NCBI GenBank assembly: GCA_038211855.1 | Contig: JBBQVE010000010.1 | Span: forward strand, 1-55,482 | DNA length: 55,482 bases | Direction of reading: 5' to 3' | Source of the DNA: Candidatus Saccharimonadales bacterium | Lineage (GTDB): Bacteria > Patescibacteriota > Saccharimonadia > Saccharimonadales > SZUA-47 | The notes under the pieces: model-generated | Database searches by the model: none | Seen by the model: the letters and a program-made list of their open reading frames with translations, nothing else | Told to the model about the DNA's origin: nothing | Made by a program: the position numbers and the translations under genes | Shown here: one piece after another, positions 17,338-26,664 of the stretch | How the letters are laid out: the number at the start of each line of letters is the position of its first letter | Position numbering within the stretch: position 1 is the first letter of the stretch

Positions 17338-18393
17338 ATGCAACCAAATGAACCAGTAAAACGATCAGCCGTGTTGAACGGTATTCTGTGCGGCTTGGCG
17401 CTTCTACTTGGTGTGATTATCTTCTTTGTGATTTTGCAGGTTCGTCGTAATAGCGCACCGCTACAGACAACAGCGACGCCCACATCGTCTCATACTCCTT
17501 CTAAACCTGCCACCGAGGCTCAAGTCAAGCCGGCCTCCCTTACCCTCGATACGACCAAAAACTATGGCAACAAATATGCCGATGGACTGCTGCCAGTGGG
17601 CGATGGCGACTATGTGACCGATGCCGCCAAAAAAGGCTCTATCTACGTGTGTCATGCAAACTTTGTGCCGGCTGGCCAAGCAGGCGCGCAAGTTCGCGGG
17701 TCATGGTTTACGACTAGCAATACGAAGTGGGATCTCAATAAAAAAGCGACAATTGCAGGCAGTGTCGCCTGGAAATCAAGTTTCAGTAACAGTGTGAGTG
17801 GCGATACGCGAACGATTTTGACCAATGATCTTCCCAGTCACCACACGGGTGTTTTTCCGGTCGCAGCCAGCGATCCGGCACGCAAATACGACGCCAACCC
17901 CAACACGATTATGGCACAAGCTTTGACTTACGCGCTGAACGTCGCTCCAACTTATGGCAATCCGCAATGCGAAAGCGGTGAAGTCGGTGTGATGCTCAGT
18001 GGCGTGGCGCTGTTTAACGGCTTTGACGCCGGCGGTCGGGATGCTGGTGCGTGGGAAGTGCAAGATAGTTGTGACGGGCACCCTCAAAATAAAGGAGAAT
18101 ACCATTATCACACTTTGAGCCGCTGCATTACTAATACAGGCGTTGAGAGCATTATTGGCTATGCGCTTGATGGATTTCCAATTACTGGACCAAAAGTAGG
18201 TACTGAAAATATCCTTACGACCGATGATCTGGATGTATGTCATGGGATTACAAGCGAGATAACAGTCGATGGCAAAAAAGTCACCACTTATCACTATGTG
18301 ATGACACAGGATTTTCCGTATTCAGTCAGCTGCTTCCGGTCACCACCAACAGAACTGCCCAGTCAGCCCGAAGCACCGTCCAAGCATCCATAA
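17338..18393 (+). CDS. YHYH domain protein, membrane anchored
   Basis: N-terminal TM; D.CDGHP..GEYHYH, GYALDGFPI, LDVCHG, YHYV..FPY. Confidence 0.88.
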   Translation: MQPNEPVKRSAVLNGILCGLALLLGVIIFFVILQVRRNSAPLQTTATPTSSHTPSKPATEAQVKPASLTLDTTKNYGNKYADGLLPVGDGDYVTDAAKKGSIYVCHANFVPAGQAGAQVRGSWFTTSNTKWDLNKKATIAGSVAWKSSFSNSVSGDTRTILTNDLPSHHTGVFPVAASDPARKYDANPNTIMAQALTYALNVAPTYGNPQCESGEVGVMLSGVALFNGFDAGGRDAGAWEVQDSCDGHPQNKGEYHYHTLSRCITNTGVESIIGYALDGFPITGPKVGTENILTTDDLDVCHGITSEITVDGKKVTTYHYVMTQDFPYSVSCFRSPPTELPSQPEAPSKHP

Positions 18394-18422
18394 AAAAACC
18401 GCTGATTTTCACAGCGGTTTTT
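18394..18422. terminator. Bidirectional intrinsic terminator
   Basis: AAAAACCGCTG...CAGCGGTTTTT. Confidence 0.88.
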
Positions 18423-18425
18423 CGC

Positions 18426-18482
18426 CTAAACCTTCGGCTTTTTCGGCTTTTTGACTTCTTTTCGTCCCTTGTCTTTCGACAT
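18426..18482 (-). CDS. 18-aa lysine-rich micropeptide MSKDKGRKEVKKPKKPKV
   Basis: Own promoter-like TTGTAG-17-CATACT, SD-like GAGGGTG, and a terminator immediately after the stop; not in the ORF track. Confidence 0.6.
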   Translation of the reverse strand: MSKDKGRKEVKKPKKPKV

Positions 18483-18680
18483 AGTATGCACCCTCTTTTA
18501 TAAGCATAAGTATGCGCTTTCGCTTTCGTTCCTACAAGGATGTTTTGAAGGGAGTATTAGCTTTCCTGAGAAGACACTGTAGCCTACAGGCTATTCTCAT
18601 GCAGGCACGATAAAGTTGTGTTGTGAGCCGGATACGGTTTACGTCAGAAACGAACTAACAAACGTAAATGAGGTACTACA

Positions 18681-19181
18681 ATGAAAAAATCACTTTTAAT
18701 CGGGCTCAGCACAACAGCTGTCACTATTGGCATTGTTGGGCTGGCCGGCATTGCCTCTGCTGCGACGAGCAGTACGAGCGGCACAAGTTTAGTCGACAAA
18801 ATTGCAACAAAGTTCCACCTCAGTAAGACGGATGTTCAGGCGGTCTTTGACGCCGACCGCACAGATCATGTGGCGGCACGAACGGCGAAGCAAAAGACGA
18901 AGCTTGATGCGGATGTAAAAACTGGCATGATCACACAAGCCCAAGAAGATGCATTGATTGCCAAGCGGGCTGAACTGAAAACATCGATGCAGGCGCTCAA
19001 GGATAAGACGAGCACCGAAAAACACACGGCCATGAAGACGCAAATGGATAACTTCAAGCAGTGGCTGACGGATAATAAGATTCCGGACACCGTCGCACAT
19101 GAGCATCACGTCGGCCCTGAAGGCCCTGAAGGCCACGAAGGCCCTGAAGGCCTTGATGGCGGCATGCCGATGACAAACTAA
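18681..19181 (+). CDS. Secreted helical hypothetical protein with His/Gly-Pro-Glu C-terminal tail
   Basis: Signal peptide, helical core, tail HEHHVGPEGPEGHEGPEG; SD GAGG. Confidence 0.8.
   Translation: MKKSLLIGLSTTAVTIGIVGLAGIASAATSSTSGTSLVDKIATKFHLSKTDVQAVFDADRTDHVAARTAKQKTKLDADVKTGMITQAQEDALIAKRAELKTSMQALKDKTSTEKHTAMKTQMDNFKQWLTDNKIPDTVAHEHHVGPEGPEGHEGPEGLDGGMPMTN
19113..19157 (+). repeat. 9-bp coding tandem repeat (GGCCCTGAA-like x5)
   Basis: ggccctgaa ggccctgaa ggccacgaa ggccctgaa ggccttgat. Confidence 0.9.
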
Positions 19182-19216
19182 GCTGTCTCTCAGCTTGCAA
19201 GGGCTACACTCATACT

Positions 19217-19906
19217 ATGAGACTACTAATAGCGGAAGACGAACACAAAATAGCCAACGCCCTTAAGACGGGGCTCGAACAGCATACGTACGCTGTCGAT
19301 GTTGCATATAATGGTGACGACGCGCTGGCTTTGGCCACCAGTGAACCGTATGACCTCCTCATTCTGGACATAATGATGCCTGGTAAAGTTGACGGCCTCG
19401 GCATCGTTCGCGAAGTCCGTGCAGCAGGTAATAATGTGCCGATTCTGCTTTTGACAGCTCGTGACAAAGTACTCGACCGTGCCTTTGGTTTGAATACAGG
19501 CGCCGATGATTATCTCGTGAAGCCTTTTGCGTTTGTCGAACTGATTGCACGTGTTCGGGCTCTGCTACGTCGTCCGCGAGAAACGCTCGAAACCGAACTT
19601 AAACACGATAATCTGACGCTAGATACCGAAGCCTTTACGGCCCGCCGCAACGGCAAAGAAATCATCCTGACTCAAAAAGAATTCGCACTTCTCGAATACT
19701 TCATGCGCCATACAGGCAAAGTCTTAAGCAAAGAGACCCTCACCCAACATGTGTGGGACTACGACGCTGATATTCTGCCAAACACAGTGGAAGTCTACGT
19801 CGGCTATTTGCGCAACAAGATTGACAAGCCTTTCCGTAATAATTCCCCATTGATTCACACCAAACGTGGATTCGGCTATATTTTTAGCAACAACAAGATA
19901 TCCTAG
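19217..19906 (+). CDS. OmpR/PhoB family response regulator
   Basis: AEDE, LDIMMP, LLTAR, GADDYLVKPF, winged-helix VEVYVGYLRNKID..TKRGFGY. Confidence 0.96.
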   Translation: MRLLIAEDEHKIANALKTGLEQHTYAVDVAYNGDDALALATSEPYDLLILDIMMPGKVDGLGIVREVRAAGNNVPILLLTARDKVLDRAFGLNTGADDYLVKPFAFVELIARVRALLRRPRETLETELKHDNLTLDTEAFTARRNGKEIILTQKEFALLEYFMRHTGKVLSKETLTQHVWDYDADILPNTVEVYVGYLRNKIDKPFRNNSPLIHTKRGFGYIFSNNKIS

Positions 19907-19911
19907 GGAGT

Positions 19912-20943
19912 ATGAAGCAGCAATTATTCCAGAAAACGACCATCCGTTTAACGGGCGTCTACTTGGCGATTCTGATGCTGCTGACGGCTGTCTTTAGTGT
20001 TGCGCTCTTTCGGGTGTCGGTGACGGAGCTTGATCGCAACTATTCCCACGCTGTTGATTTTGCCAATCATTTTGGTGGCTTTCAGTTGGATCCACAGCAA
20101 GGAAACCTCTATGTTGCTGACCGAACCGCTGAACGTGACGAGGGCCACCAACATCTTGTGAAACAGCTCATTTTTTTGAATGCCGTTATCTTGCTCAGCG
20201 GTGGCTTTTTCAGTTATGCTTTAGCTCGGCGAACCCTCGAACCGATCGAGGAAGCGCACCTGTCACTGGAGCGTTTTACGGCTGATGCCAGTCATGAACT
20301 GCGCACTCCCTTGACAACAATGCGCACAGAGATAGAGGTGGCTTTACTGAACCCCAAATTCAACCTTAAGGACAGTCGTAAGCTGCTCGAAAGTAACCTC
20401 GAAGAAGTCGATCGTTTATCGACATTATCGGAGAGGTTATTGACGCTGGCTCGAATTGATGAGCATGAGCTACCCAAGGAAAACATCGTGGTTGTCGGTC
20501 TGGTCGCCAAAAGTATTGAGGCGGTACAGGCGCGGGCTGCCATCAAAAAGATTTCCCTAAAAAACAAAATGACGAGTGCGTCCGGGGGATTACTCGTCCA
20601 TGGCGATGAAGCTTCACTCACTGAAGCGCTAATTATTCTACTCGATAACGCCATCAAATATTCAGAAAAAGGTACTATGGTGACGGTCGAGGTCGCCGGT
20701 CGTCATAAGTCAGTACTCATAAGTGTGAAGGATAGAGGCATCGGCATCGAAGCCGCTGACGCGCCAAAGATCTTCGACCGCTTTTACCGCGCTGATCAGT
20801 CGCGCACTAAAAATGCCGAACATGGCTATGGGCTCGGCTTGGCGCTGGCTCATAAAATCATTGATCTGCACGATGGCAAAATCGAAGTTGCCAGCACACC
20901 AGGTAAAGGCAGTACCTTCACCGTCTCATTACCGCTTGCCTAA
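19912..20943 (+). CDS. Sensor histidine kinase
   Basis: Two TMs, H-box ASHELRTPLT, N-box LLDNAIKYS, G1 DRGIGI, F-box IFDRFYR, G2 GYGLGL. Confidence 0.96.
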   Translation: MKQQLFQKTTIRLTGVYLAILMLLTAVFSVALFRVSVTELDRNYSHAVDFANHFGGFQLDPQQGNLYVADRTAERDEGHQHLVKQLIFLNAVILLSGGFFSYALARRTLEPIEEAHLSLERFTADASHELRTPLTTMRTEIEVALLNPKFNLKDSRKLLESNLEEVDRLSTLSERLLTLARIDEHELPKENIVVVGLVAKSIEAVQARAAIKKISLKNKMTSASGGLLVHGDEASLTEALIILLDNAIKYSEKGTMVTVEVAGRHKSVLISVKDRGIGIEAADAPKIFDRFYRADQSRTKNAEHGYGLGLALAHKIIDLHDGKIEVASTPGKGSTFTVSLPLA

Positions 20944-21168
20944 GACCTGCCTTCTATCTGTGTGAACCAAAAAATGAAAAAATGTGCATCACCCGACACT
21001 ACCCTCACGGTGCTATACTAAAGGCAGCCTATGGGAGAGCTTTTGCTCTGCAATCTCTTTCTTCCAAGACTTTCATAGCCGACCTCGGTCGCCTACAACA
21101 ACAATCCGTCTGGTAAGCGTGTTCGTAAGCTTCCAACACTTCTCAAACGTAAAGAGGATTATTTGTTT

Positions 21169-21456
21169 ATGCGTGAAGGTCTCAACGAGCCAGTATCGGT
21201 TATCTTTTATTACGACGCCGTACACCGGCATGTCCAACCGTATCAGCTGACGTGGCAGGGGCGCGAATATCGCCTCGGCAAAGTGGATTTTTGGCACAAG
21301 ACGCGCCGCGGCGATACGCTGACGCACCATTTTTCGATAGTCGATAAAGCCGGCACGGCGTACTTCAAGCTGGGGTTAGACAGCAGTACGTTGCACTGGG
21401 TGATTGAAGAATACATGACCGCCGACGAAATGGAGGTGACCTATGGCCGGTGTTGA
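21169..21456 (+). CDS. Small beta-rich hypothetical protein coupled to the Y-family polymerase (DUF6504-like, tentative)
   Basis: P..LTWQGREYR...W...HHFSI......FKL......W.I pattern; overlaps the polymerase start; SD GAGGA. Confidence 0.65.
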   Translation: MREGLNEPVSVIFYYDAVHRHVQPYQLTWQGREYRLGKVDFWHKTRRGDTLTHHFSIVDKAGTAYFKLGLDSSTLHWVIEEYMTADEMEVTYGRC

Positions 21457-22750
21457 ACTGCCTATCAACAAAGCCAAAGCCGATGTCATGCACATCGACT
21501 TAAACTCTTGCTTCGCGATTATCGAACAGCAGGCCAACCGACTGTTGCGGGGGAGGCCCGTAGGGGTGGCCGCTTACGACACGCCGCGTGGCTTTGTGGT
21601 AGCGGCCAGCTATGAAGCCAAGGCTTGCGGCGTCAAATTGGGCGTCAATGTGCAGCAGGCTCGTCAGATGTGCCCTACTATCGTGATTATGACGCCTGAC
21701 CCCAGTAAATATCGCGAAGCGCACGTGCGCTTTAAGGCACTTCTGCTGGAGTACACCGATGATGTGACGCCGAAGTCGATTGATGAGTTCGTGTTGCATT
21801 TAGACAACGCGCCGGCCTTCAAGAATGGCACATCAGCGGTAGTGATAGGCGCCGAGATCAAGCAGAAGATTTATGAGCGTCTCGGCGAAGCGGTGACCGT
21901 GAACGTTGGCATTGGCCCGAACCGTTTTTTGGCAAAGCTCGCGGCCAGCCTTCATAAGCCGAACGGGTTAGATGTCATCAGCCATGAAAACCTGCTCGAC
22001 GTGTATAAAGGCCTGGAGTTGATGGATTTACCAGGCATCAACACACGTTACGATGCCCGTCTGCGGGCGCATGGTATCAATAGCGTCATAGAGTTCTTCA
22101 CTACGCCCGAAGAATACCTTCGTAAGGGGGTATTTAAGAGTATTGTCGGCCACCACTGGTATTTACGGTTGCGTGGTTACGAGCCTGATCGGCGCGAATT
22201 TGCCCGCAAGAACATCGGGCATCAGCATGCCATGAGCAAAAGTACGGCCGACTCTGACGAACTCAAGAAAATTCTGATAAAATTGTGCGAGAAGACTGGC
22301 CGCCGGCTGCGCAAAAACGAGCTCTACGCCGGCGGGATTGCGCTGTGGGTCAGTTTTGCCAATAGCCGCCAGCATTGGCAGATCAGTGGCGGTACCATGG
22401 CAGAAGGGCGGCAGGGGTGGCACCATTCCGAGAAAGTCGGTGCTCGGCTCTACGCCACCCATGATATCTACGCGCACGCTTGTCGGTTGTTGACGCAAGC
22501 CGAGGTCGTCGAGCCGGTCCGCCTGATGGCCGTCAGTACGTTCGACCTACACGAGTGGGACCCAGAACAGCTTGATCTGTTTGAACAGGGGAGGGGCTTT
22601 CTAGCGGCACGGCGCATCAGTGACGCCCTCGATGCCGTCAATAACAGATACGGGGAGTTCGTGGTGACGCCCGCCAGCATGATGGACATGAACGGCACGA
22701 TCCTCGACAGAATTGCCTTTGGAAGCGTCCGTGATCTATATCCCATATAA
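21443..22750 (+). CDS. dinB: Y-family (Pol IV/UmuC-like) translesion DNA polymerase
   Basis: HIDLNSCFA, AASYEAK..GVK.G, SIDE, LAKLA..HKPNG; clamp-binding QLDLF; C-terminal LDAVNNRYG. Confidence 0.9.
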   Translation: MAGVELPINKAKADVMHIDLNSCFAIIEQQANRLLRGRPVGVAAYDTPRGFVVAASYEAKACGVKLGVNVQQARQMCPTIVIMTPDPSKYREAHVRFKALLLEYTDDVTPKSIDEFVLHLDNAPAFKNGTSAVVIGAEIKQKIYERLGEAVTVNVGIGPNRFLAKLAASLHKPNGLDVISHENLLDVYKGLELMDLPGINTRYDARLRAHGINSVIEFFTTPEEYLRKGVFKSIVGHHWYLRLRGYEPDRREFARKNIGHQHAMSKSTADSDELKKILIKLCEKTGRRLRKNELYAGGIALWVSFANSRQHWQISGGTMAEGRQGWHHSEKVGARLYATHDIYAHACRLLTQAEVVEPVRLMAVSTFDLHEWDPEQLDLFEQGRGFLAARRISDALDAVNNRYGEFVVTPASMMDMNGTILDRIAFGSVRDLYPI

Positions 22751-22792
22751 AAACACTGGCCAAACCGACGCGGAGTCGCTATACTTTGTAAA

Positions 22793-23179
22793 GTGACTAT
22801 ACAAGAAGATCAATTCAATGCAATGATAAGCAGGGCGATGGACGAATTGCCGCAGGAATATATCCGTGGGCTCAAGAACGTCGTGATTATTTTTGAAGAC
22901 TATCCAAGCGAGGAGCAGCGCCGCAAACAAAACCTGCAGGCCTACCAAACATTATTCGGTCTGTACGAAGGCGTGCCGCTGACTCAGCGGGGCAGTGGCT
23001 ATAATCTGGTCTTACCAGACAGAATAACCCTCTTCAAAGGCCCGCTCGAACATGCCAGCGACACAGTGGAACAACTCCAGGAGCGCGTCAAGCGTACGTT
23101 GTGGCACGAAATCGCCCACTATTACGGCCTTGGCCATGACCGCATCCACACCCTCGAACGCAAGTCTAAAACAGAGTGA
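22793..23179 (+). CDS. Zincin-like metallopeptidase (DUF1025/Zincin_1)
   Basis: LFGLYEGVPLT, LPDRITLFK.P, HEIAHYYG. Confidence 0.9.
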   Translation: MTIQEDQFNAMISRAMDELPQEYIRGLKNVVIIFEDYPSEEQRRKQNLQAYQTLFGLYEGVPLTQRGSGYNLVLPDRITLFKGPLEHASDTVEQLQERVKRTLWHEIAHYYGLGHDRIHTLERKSKTE

Positions 23180-24341
23180 GGTCGGCGATTTCTGGGGGTA
23201 AAAAACTATCAGGGTGCTTGAAGTCGGCTTGCCATTTGTAGCCTTTACCGTATTTTAAGTCTTTCATGAGTTTCGTGGGCGCGTTTCTTAAATGGATTGG
23301 AACGGCCAAGTTGCCGTTTTCGGTGACGGCTTTTTTGACGGCCATCATGGCGTCGGCCACGGCACGCGATTTTTTGGAACCAGCCAGCACTGTCACGCAG
23401 TGGTAGATGTTGTACTCGCATTCCGGCATGCCGATTCGTTCAACCGCCAAGAAGGTACTGACCGCTAGGTTTAGTGCGGGGCTTGCCGCAATGCCGATAT
23501 CTTCACTCGCAAAAATAATCATTCTCCGTGCTAAAAATTTTGGATCTTCGCCACCCGCCAAAATCCGTGCTGCATAGTAAAGCGCCGCATTCACGTCACT
23601 GCCGCGCATACTTTTGATAAACGCACTGATCAGGTCATAGTGCATCTCGCCATTTTTATCGAAAGCTACCAGTGGTTTTTGGGCAGCTTCCGAAGCAATT
23701 TCGGGAGTAATAACTCCTGTCGACAAAGTGTTGGCGAGCTCTAATACGCCAAGTGCCCGCCGAGCATCGCCATCGGCAAGTGTTGCAATTGCTTGTATAG
23801 TTTTTTCTGGGAGAATTTTCGTCGATACTTTGAGTGTTTTGCGGGCATTCTTCAGTATTGTGACAATCGCTCCGGTCGTTAACTTCTGCAAAACGACTAC
23901 CCGCGTACGCGATAACAGCGGTCCGATCACTTCAAAGCTTGGATTTTCGGTTGTGGCACCGATCAAAGTAATCGTGCCGTTTTCGACATGGGGCAAAAAA
24001 GCGTCCTGCTGGGCTTTGTTAAAGCGATGGATTTCATCTACAAACAGCACCGTATCTTGAGCAAGCCGCTTATTAGCTTCGGCGCGCTCAATAACTTTAC
24101 GAACATCGGCTAAGCCAGAGGTCACGGCAGAAAGTTCAATGAAATCAGCACTGCAATTTTCTGCCAAGATTCGCGCCAAAGTCGTCTTGCCGCTGCCGGG
24201 CGGTCCCCATAGAATTAAAGAGGTTATTTTTTGATTTTTATAAAGTTCGCCAAGCAGGTTATTTTCTCCCAGCAAAGCTTCCTGACCTATTACTTCAGTC
24301 AGTTTACTTGGACGAAGTCGTTCAGCAAGCGGTGCATCCAT
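23166..24341 (-). CDS. rarA: Replication-associated recombination protein A (MgsA)
   Basis: PLAERLRP, WGPPGSGKTT, VDEIHRFNKAQQD, ATTENPSF, HYDLISAFIKSMRGSD; start MDAP (TATAAT 6 nt upstream). Confidence 0.95.
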   Translation of the reverse strand: MDAPLAERLRPSKLTEVIGQEALLGENNLLGELYKNQKITSLILWGPPGSGKTTLARILAENCSADFIELSAVTSGLADVRKVIERAEANKRLAQDTVLFVDEIHRFNKAQQDAFLPHVENGTITLIGATTENPSFEVIGPLLSRTRVVVLQKLTTGAIVTILKNARKTLKVSTKILPEKTIQAIATLADGDARRALGVLELANTLSTGVITPEIASEAAQKPLVAFDKNGEMHYDLISAFIKSMRGSDVNAALYYAARILAGGEDPKFLARRMIIFASEDIGIAASPALNLAVSTFLAVERIGMPECEYNIYHCVTVLAGSKKSRAVADAMMAVKKAVTENGNLAVPIHLRNAPTKLMKDLKYGKGYKWQADFKHPDSFLPPEIADLTLF

Positions 24342-24348
24342 GTCCTCA

Positions 24349-24780
24349 TTATAGGGGTTGTCCCTGGCACTTTTCACAGAGTCCCTGAATTTCGAGCTGG
24401 TGAGATGTCATGGCAAAGCCTTGAGTAGTCGCAAAGCTTGCTAAGTATGCTTCTATGGCCGAATCTTCTGGAATATCGAGTAGTGCGCTGCAGTTTGTGC
24501 ACGAGAGGTGATGATGGTGTTCATGAAAGGCGTCGGTCAGTTCTAACTTAAATTTCCAACCGATTTGCACGCGCTGTACGATTTGCAGGTTTTCAAATAA
24601 TTCGACGATGCGATAGACACTGGCGCGATCAACCGATTCATTAACGCGCAGGCATAATTCATGCATACCGATCGGACTCGCGTCAGATAGTGCTTCAAAA
24701 ACTGCGCTCCTCGCTTTCGTGATACTTGAGCCGGCCCCTTTGAGCCTACCTACAAACTGATCTTTTATATCCGTTGACAT
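24349..24780 (-). CDS. Fur-family metalloregulator (Zur-like)
   Basis: TKAR..V, RASVYR, HHHHLSCTNC and GLCEKC; divergent from a ZIP transporter. Confidence 0.9.
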   Translation of the reverse strand: MSTDIKDQFVGRLKGAGSSITKARSAVFEALSDASPIGMHELCLRVNESVDRASVYRIVELFENLQIVQRVQIGWKFKLELTDAFHEHHHHLSCTNCSALLDIPEDSAIEAYLASFATTQGFAMTSHQLEIQGLCEKCQGQPL

Positions 24781-24798
24781 GTTGCAAATTATAACAAA

Positions 24799-24817
24799 AT
24801 TGCGACATAGTTGCAAT
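24799..24817. promoter_or_regulatory. Putative Fur/Zur operator palindrome
   Basis: ATTGCGAC-ATA-GTTGCAAT (8-3-8, one mismatch) between the divergent regulator and ZIP genes. Confidence 0.65.
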
Positions 24818-24846
24818 AAAATACGTATCCGTGGTTTGATAAATAC

Positions 24847-25572
24847 ATGAATGCAATCCTCGTTAGCTTTTTTACCCTCATCTCCACCACTCTCGGTGGA
24901 CTATTTGCGCTCAGATATAAAGACCGTTTACACCGAATCCTCGGTTTTACCGCTGGTGTTATTTTGGGTGTCATCGCCTTTGATGTCCTACCGGAGATTT
25001 TCAAGCAGGTGCAAGATATGCATGTAAAACCAGAGTTGCCAATGCTTGGACTGGTTTTTGGATATCTAGCCTTCCATATCATTGAGAAAAACATCATTTT
25101 ACACAGTGCCCACGAAGGCGAATATCATCGCCATGCTCATCCGAACGTTGGTGTTTTTTCGGCAATTATGCTGGTTGGCCATAGTTTTTTAGACGGTGTT
25201 GGCATCGGGTTGGCGTTTCAGGTAAGTCCAACGACTGGCGTTCTAGTGGCAATAGCCGTAGTAGCGCATGATTTTGCTGATGGCATGAACACGGTAGGGC
25301 TTCTACTGAGTCATGGTAATACGACTCGGCGTTCGCGCTACTTTTTGGCGGTCGATGCTTTGGCTCCCGTCGTCGGTGTGTTGAGTACAAAGCTGTTTAC
25401 ACTTGGTGGGACAGGGCTGACTATTTATCTTGGTGTGTTTTGCGGAGTTCTCTTGTACATCTGCTCAGCTGACATCCTCCCAGAAGCGCACGCTGATCAT
25501 TCTTCGCGTTTTACGATGTTTTTGACGGTGCTTGGTGTGGCCGTTATTTTCTTGGCAACCCGCGTCATTTAG
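24847..25572 (+). CDS. ZIP family metal transporter
   Basis: His-rich loop HSAHEGEYHRHAH, HSFLDG, AHDFADG, DILPEAH. Confidence 0.93.
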   Translation: MNAILVSFFTLISTTLGGLFALRYKDRLHRILGFTAGVILGVIAFDVLPEIFKQVQDMHVKPELPMLGLVFGYLAFHIIEKNIILHSAHEGEYHRHAHPNVGVFSAIMLVGHSFLDGVGIGLAFQVSPTTGVLVAIAVVAHDFADGMNTVGLLLSHGNTTRRSRYFLAVDALAPVVGVLSTKLFTLGGTGLTIYLGVFCGVLLYICSADILPEAHADHSSRFTMFLTVLGVAVIFLATRVI

Positions 25573-25599
25573 CACCCCGTATCTGGTATAGTTAGAGGC

Positions 25600-26664
25600 A
25601 TGATGGTGGCTATTTTTGTGCTTCTGCTGGTAATCGCTGGTTTACTCGTCTATTTACTGACAAAAAAGCAGCTTCCACAAGGTAACCCCGAAGCGACTAT
25701 GATGCTCAAAAGTGACTTACAACAGATGAGCACGCAAGTTGAAAGACTGCAAGAAAAGCTCACAGGCCAGCTCGATGTCAAGCTTGATAAAAACCAAGAG
25801 AGCATGGCCCGGCAGTTAGCCGAAAGTGCCAAACTTATAACCAACGTCACCGAACGGCTGACGAAGCTCGATGACACCAATAAACGCGTTGTTGATGTCG
25901 CCGACGAGCTCCGTTCCTTGCAAAGTGTGCTGCAAAATCCAAAACAGCGCGGTGTGCTCGGTGAATTTTATTTAGCACAGATTCTGCAAAATATTCTACC
26001 TGAAAGCTCTTACAAACTACAGCACAAACTTGGCGAAGGCACGATCGTTGATGCAGTGATTATCATCGACGGTATGTTGCTACCTGTTGACAGTAAATTC
26101 TCACTCGAAAATTATAATCGACTGCTTGACTGTACACCAGAAGAACGTCCCGCACTTGAAAGAGTCTTCAAAGAAGACCTGAAACGCCGCATCGACGAAA
26201 CCGCCAAATACATCCAACCCAGCAAGAATACACTCGAACAGGCGCTGATGTTCATCCCGAGTGAAGCGATTTATTACGACCTACTTGCGAATAAAGTTGG
26301 TGCCGCTGGCGTTTCTGGACGCGACCTGATGCAGTACGCAGCCATTGATAAACACGTAACAATTGTTGGTCCGAGTACGCTGAGCGCTATGCTGCAGGTC
26401 ATTATGCAGAGCCTACGAAGTTTTGAAATACAAAAGGACACCGAGGTGATTCGTAAGAATGTTGAGCAATTGACGCGACACCTGACAGCCTACGATGGGT
26501 ACTTCAAAAAGGTTGGTAATTCGCTTGGAGCGACAGTCGGACATTATAATAATGCCTACAGAGAGCTTGGCAAGATCGACAAAGACATGATCAAAATCGC
26601 TGGCAGCGAAAGCGCCATCGACCCTGTCTATTTAGACAGACCGAATCTCGACGAAGAAGAGTAA
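25600..26664 (+). CDS. rmuC: DNA recombination protein RmuC
   Basis: N-terminal TM and coiled coil, NPKQRGVLGE, VDSKFS, MFIPSEAIY. Confidence 0.92.
   Translation: MMVAIFVLLLVIAGLLVYLLTKKQLPQGNPEATMMLKSDLQQMSTQVERLQEKLTGQLDVKLDKNQESMARQLAESAKLITNVTERLTKLDDTNKRVVDVADELRSLQSVLQNPKQRGVLGEFYLAQILQNILPESSYKLQHKLGEGTIVDAVIIIDGMLLPVDSKFSLENYNRLLDCTPEERPALERVFKEDLKRRIDETAKYIQPSKNTLEQALMFIPSEAIYYDLLANKVGAAGVSGRDLMQYAAIDKHVTIVGPSTLSAMLQVIMQSLRSFEIQKDTEVIRKNVEQLTRHLTAYDGYFKKVGNSLGATVGHYNNAYRELGKIDKDMIKIAGSESAIDPVYLDRPNLDEEE

Noticed and set aside
21105-21130. LexA (GAAC-N4-GTTC) box before the polymerase cassette
   Set aside because: Only the GTTC half matches; the left half has two mismatches.
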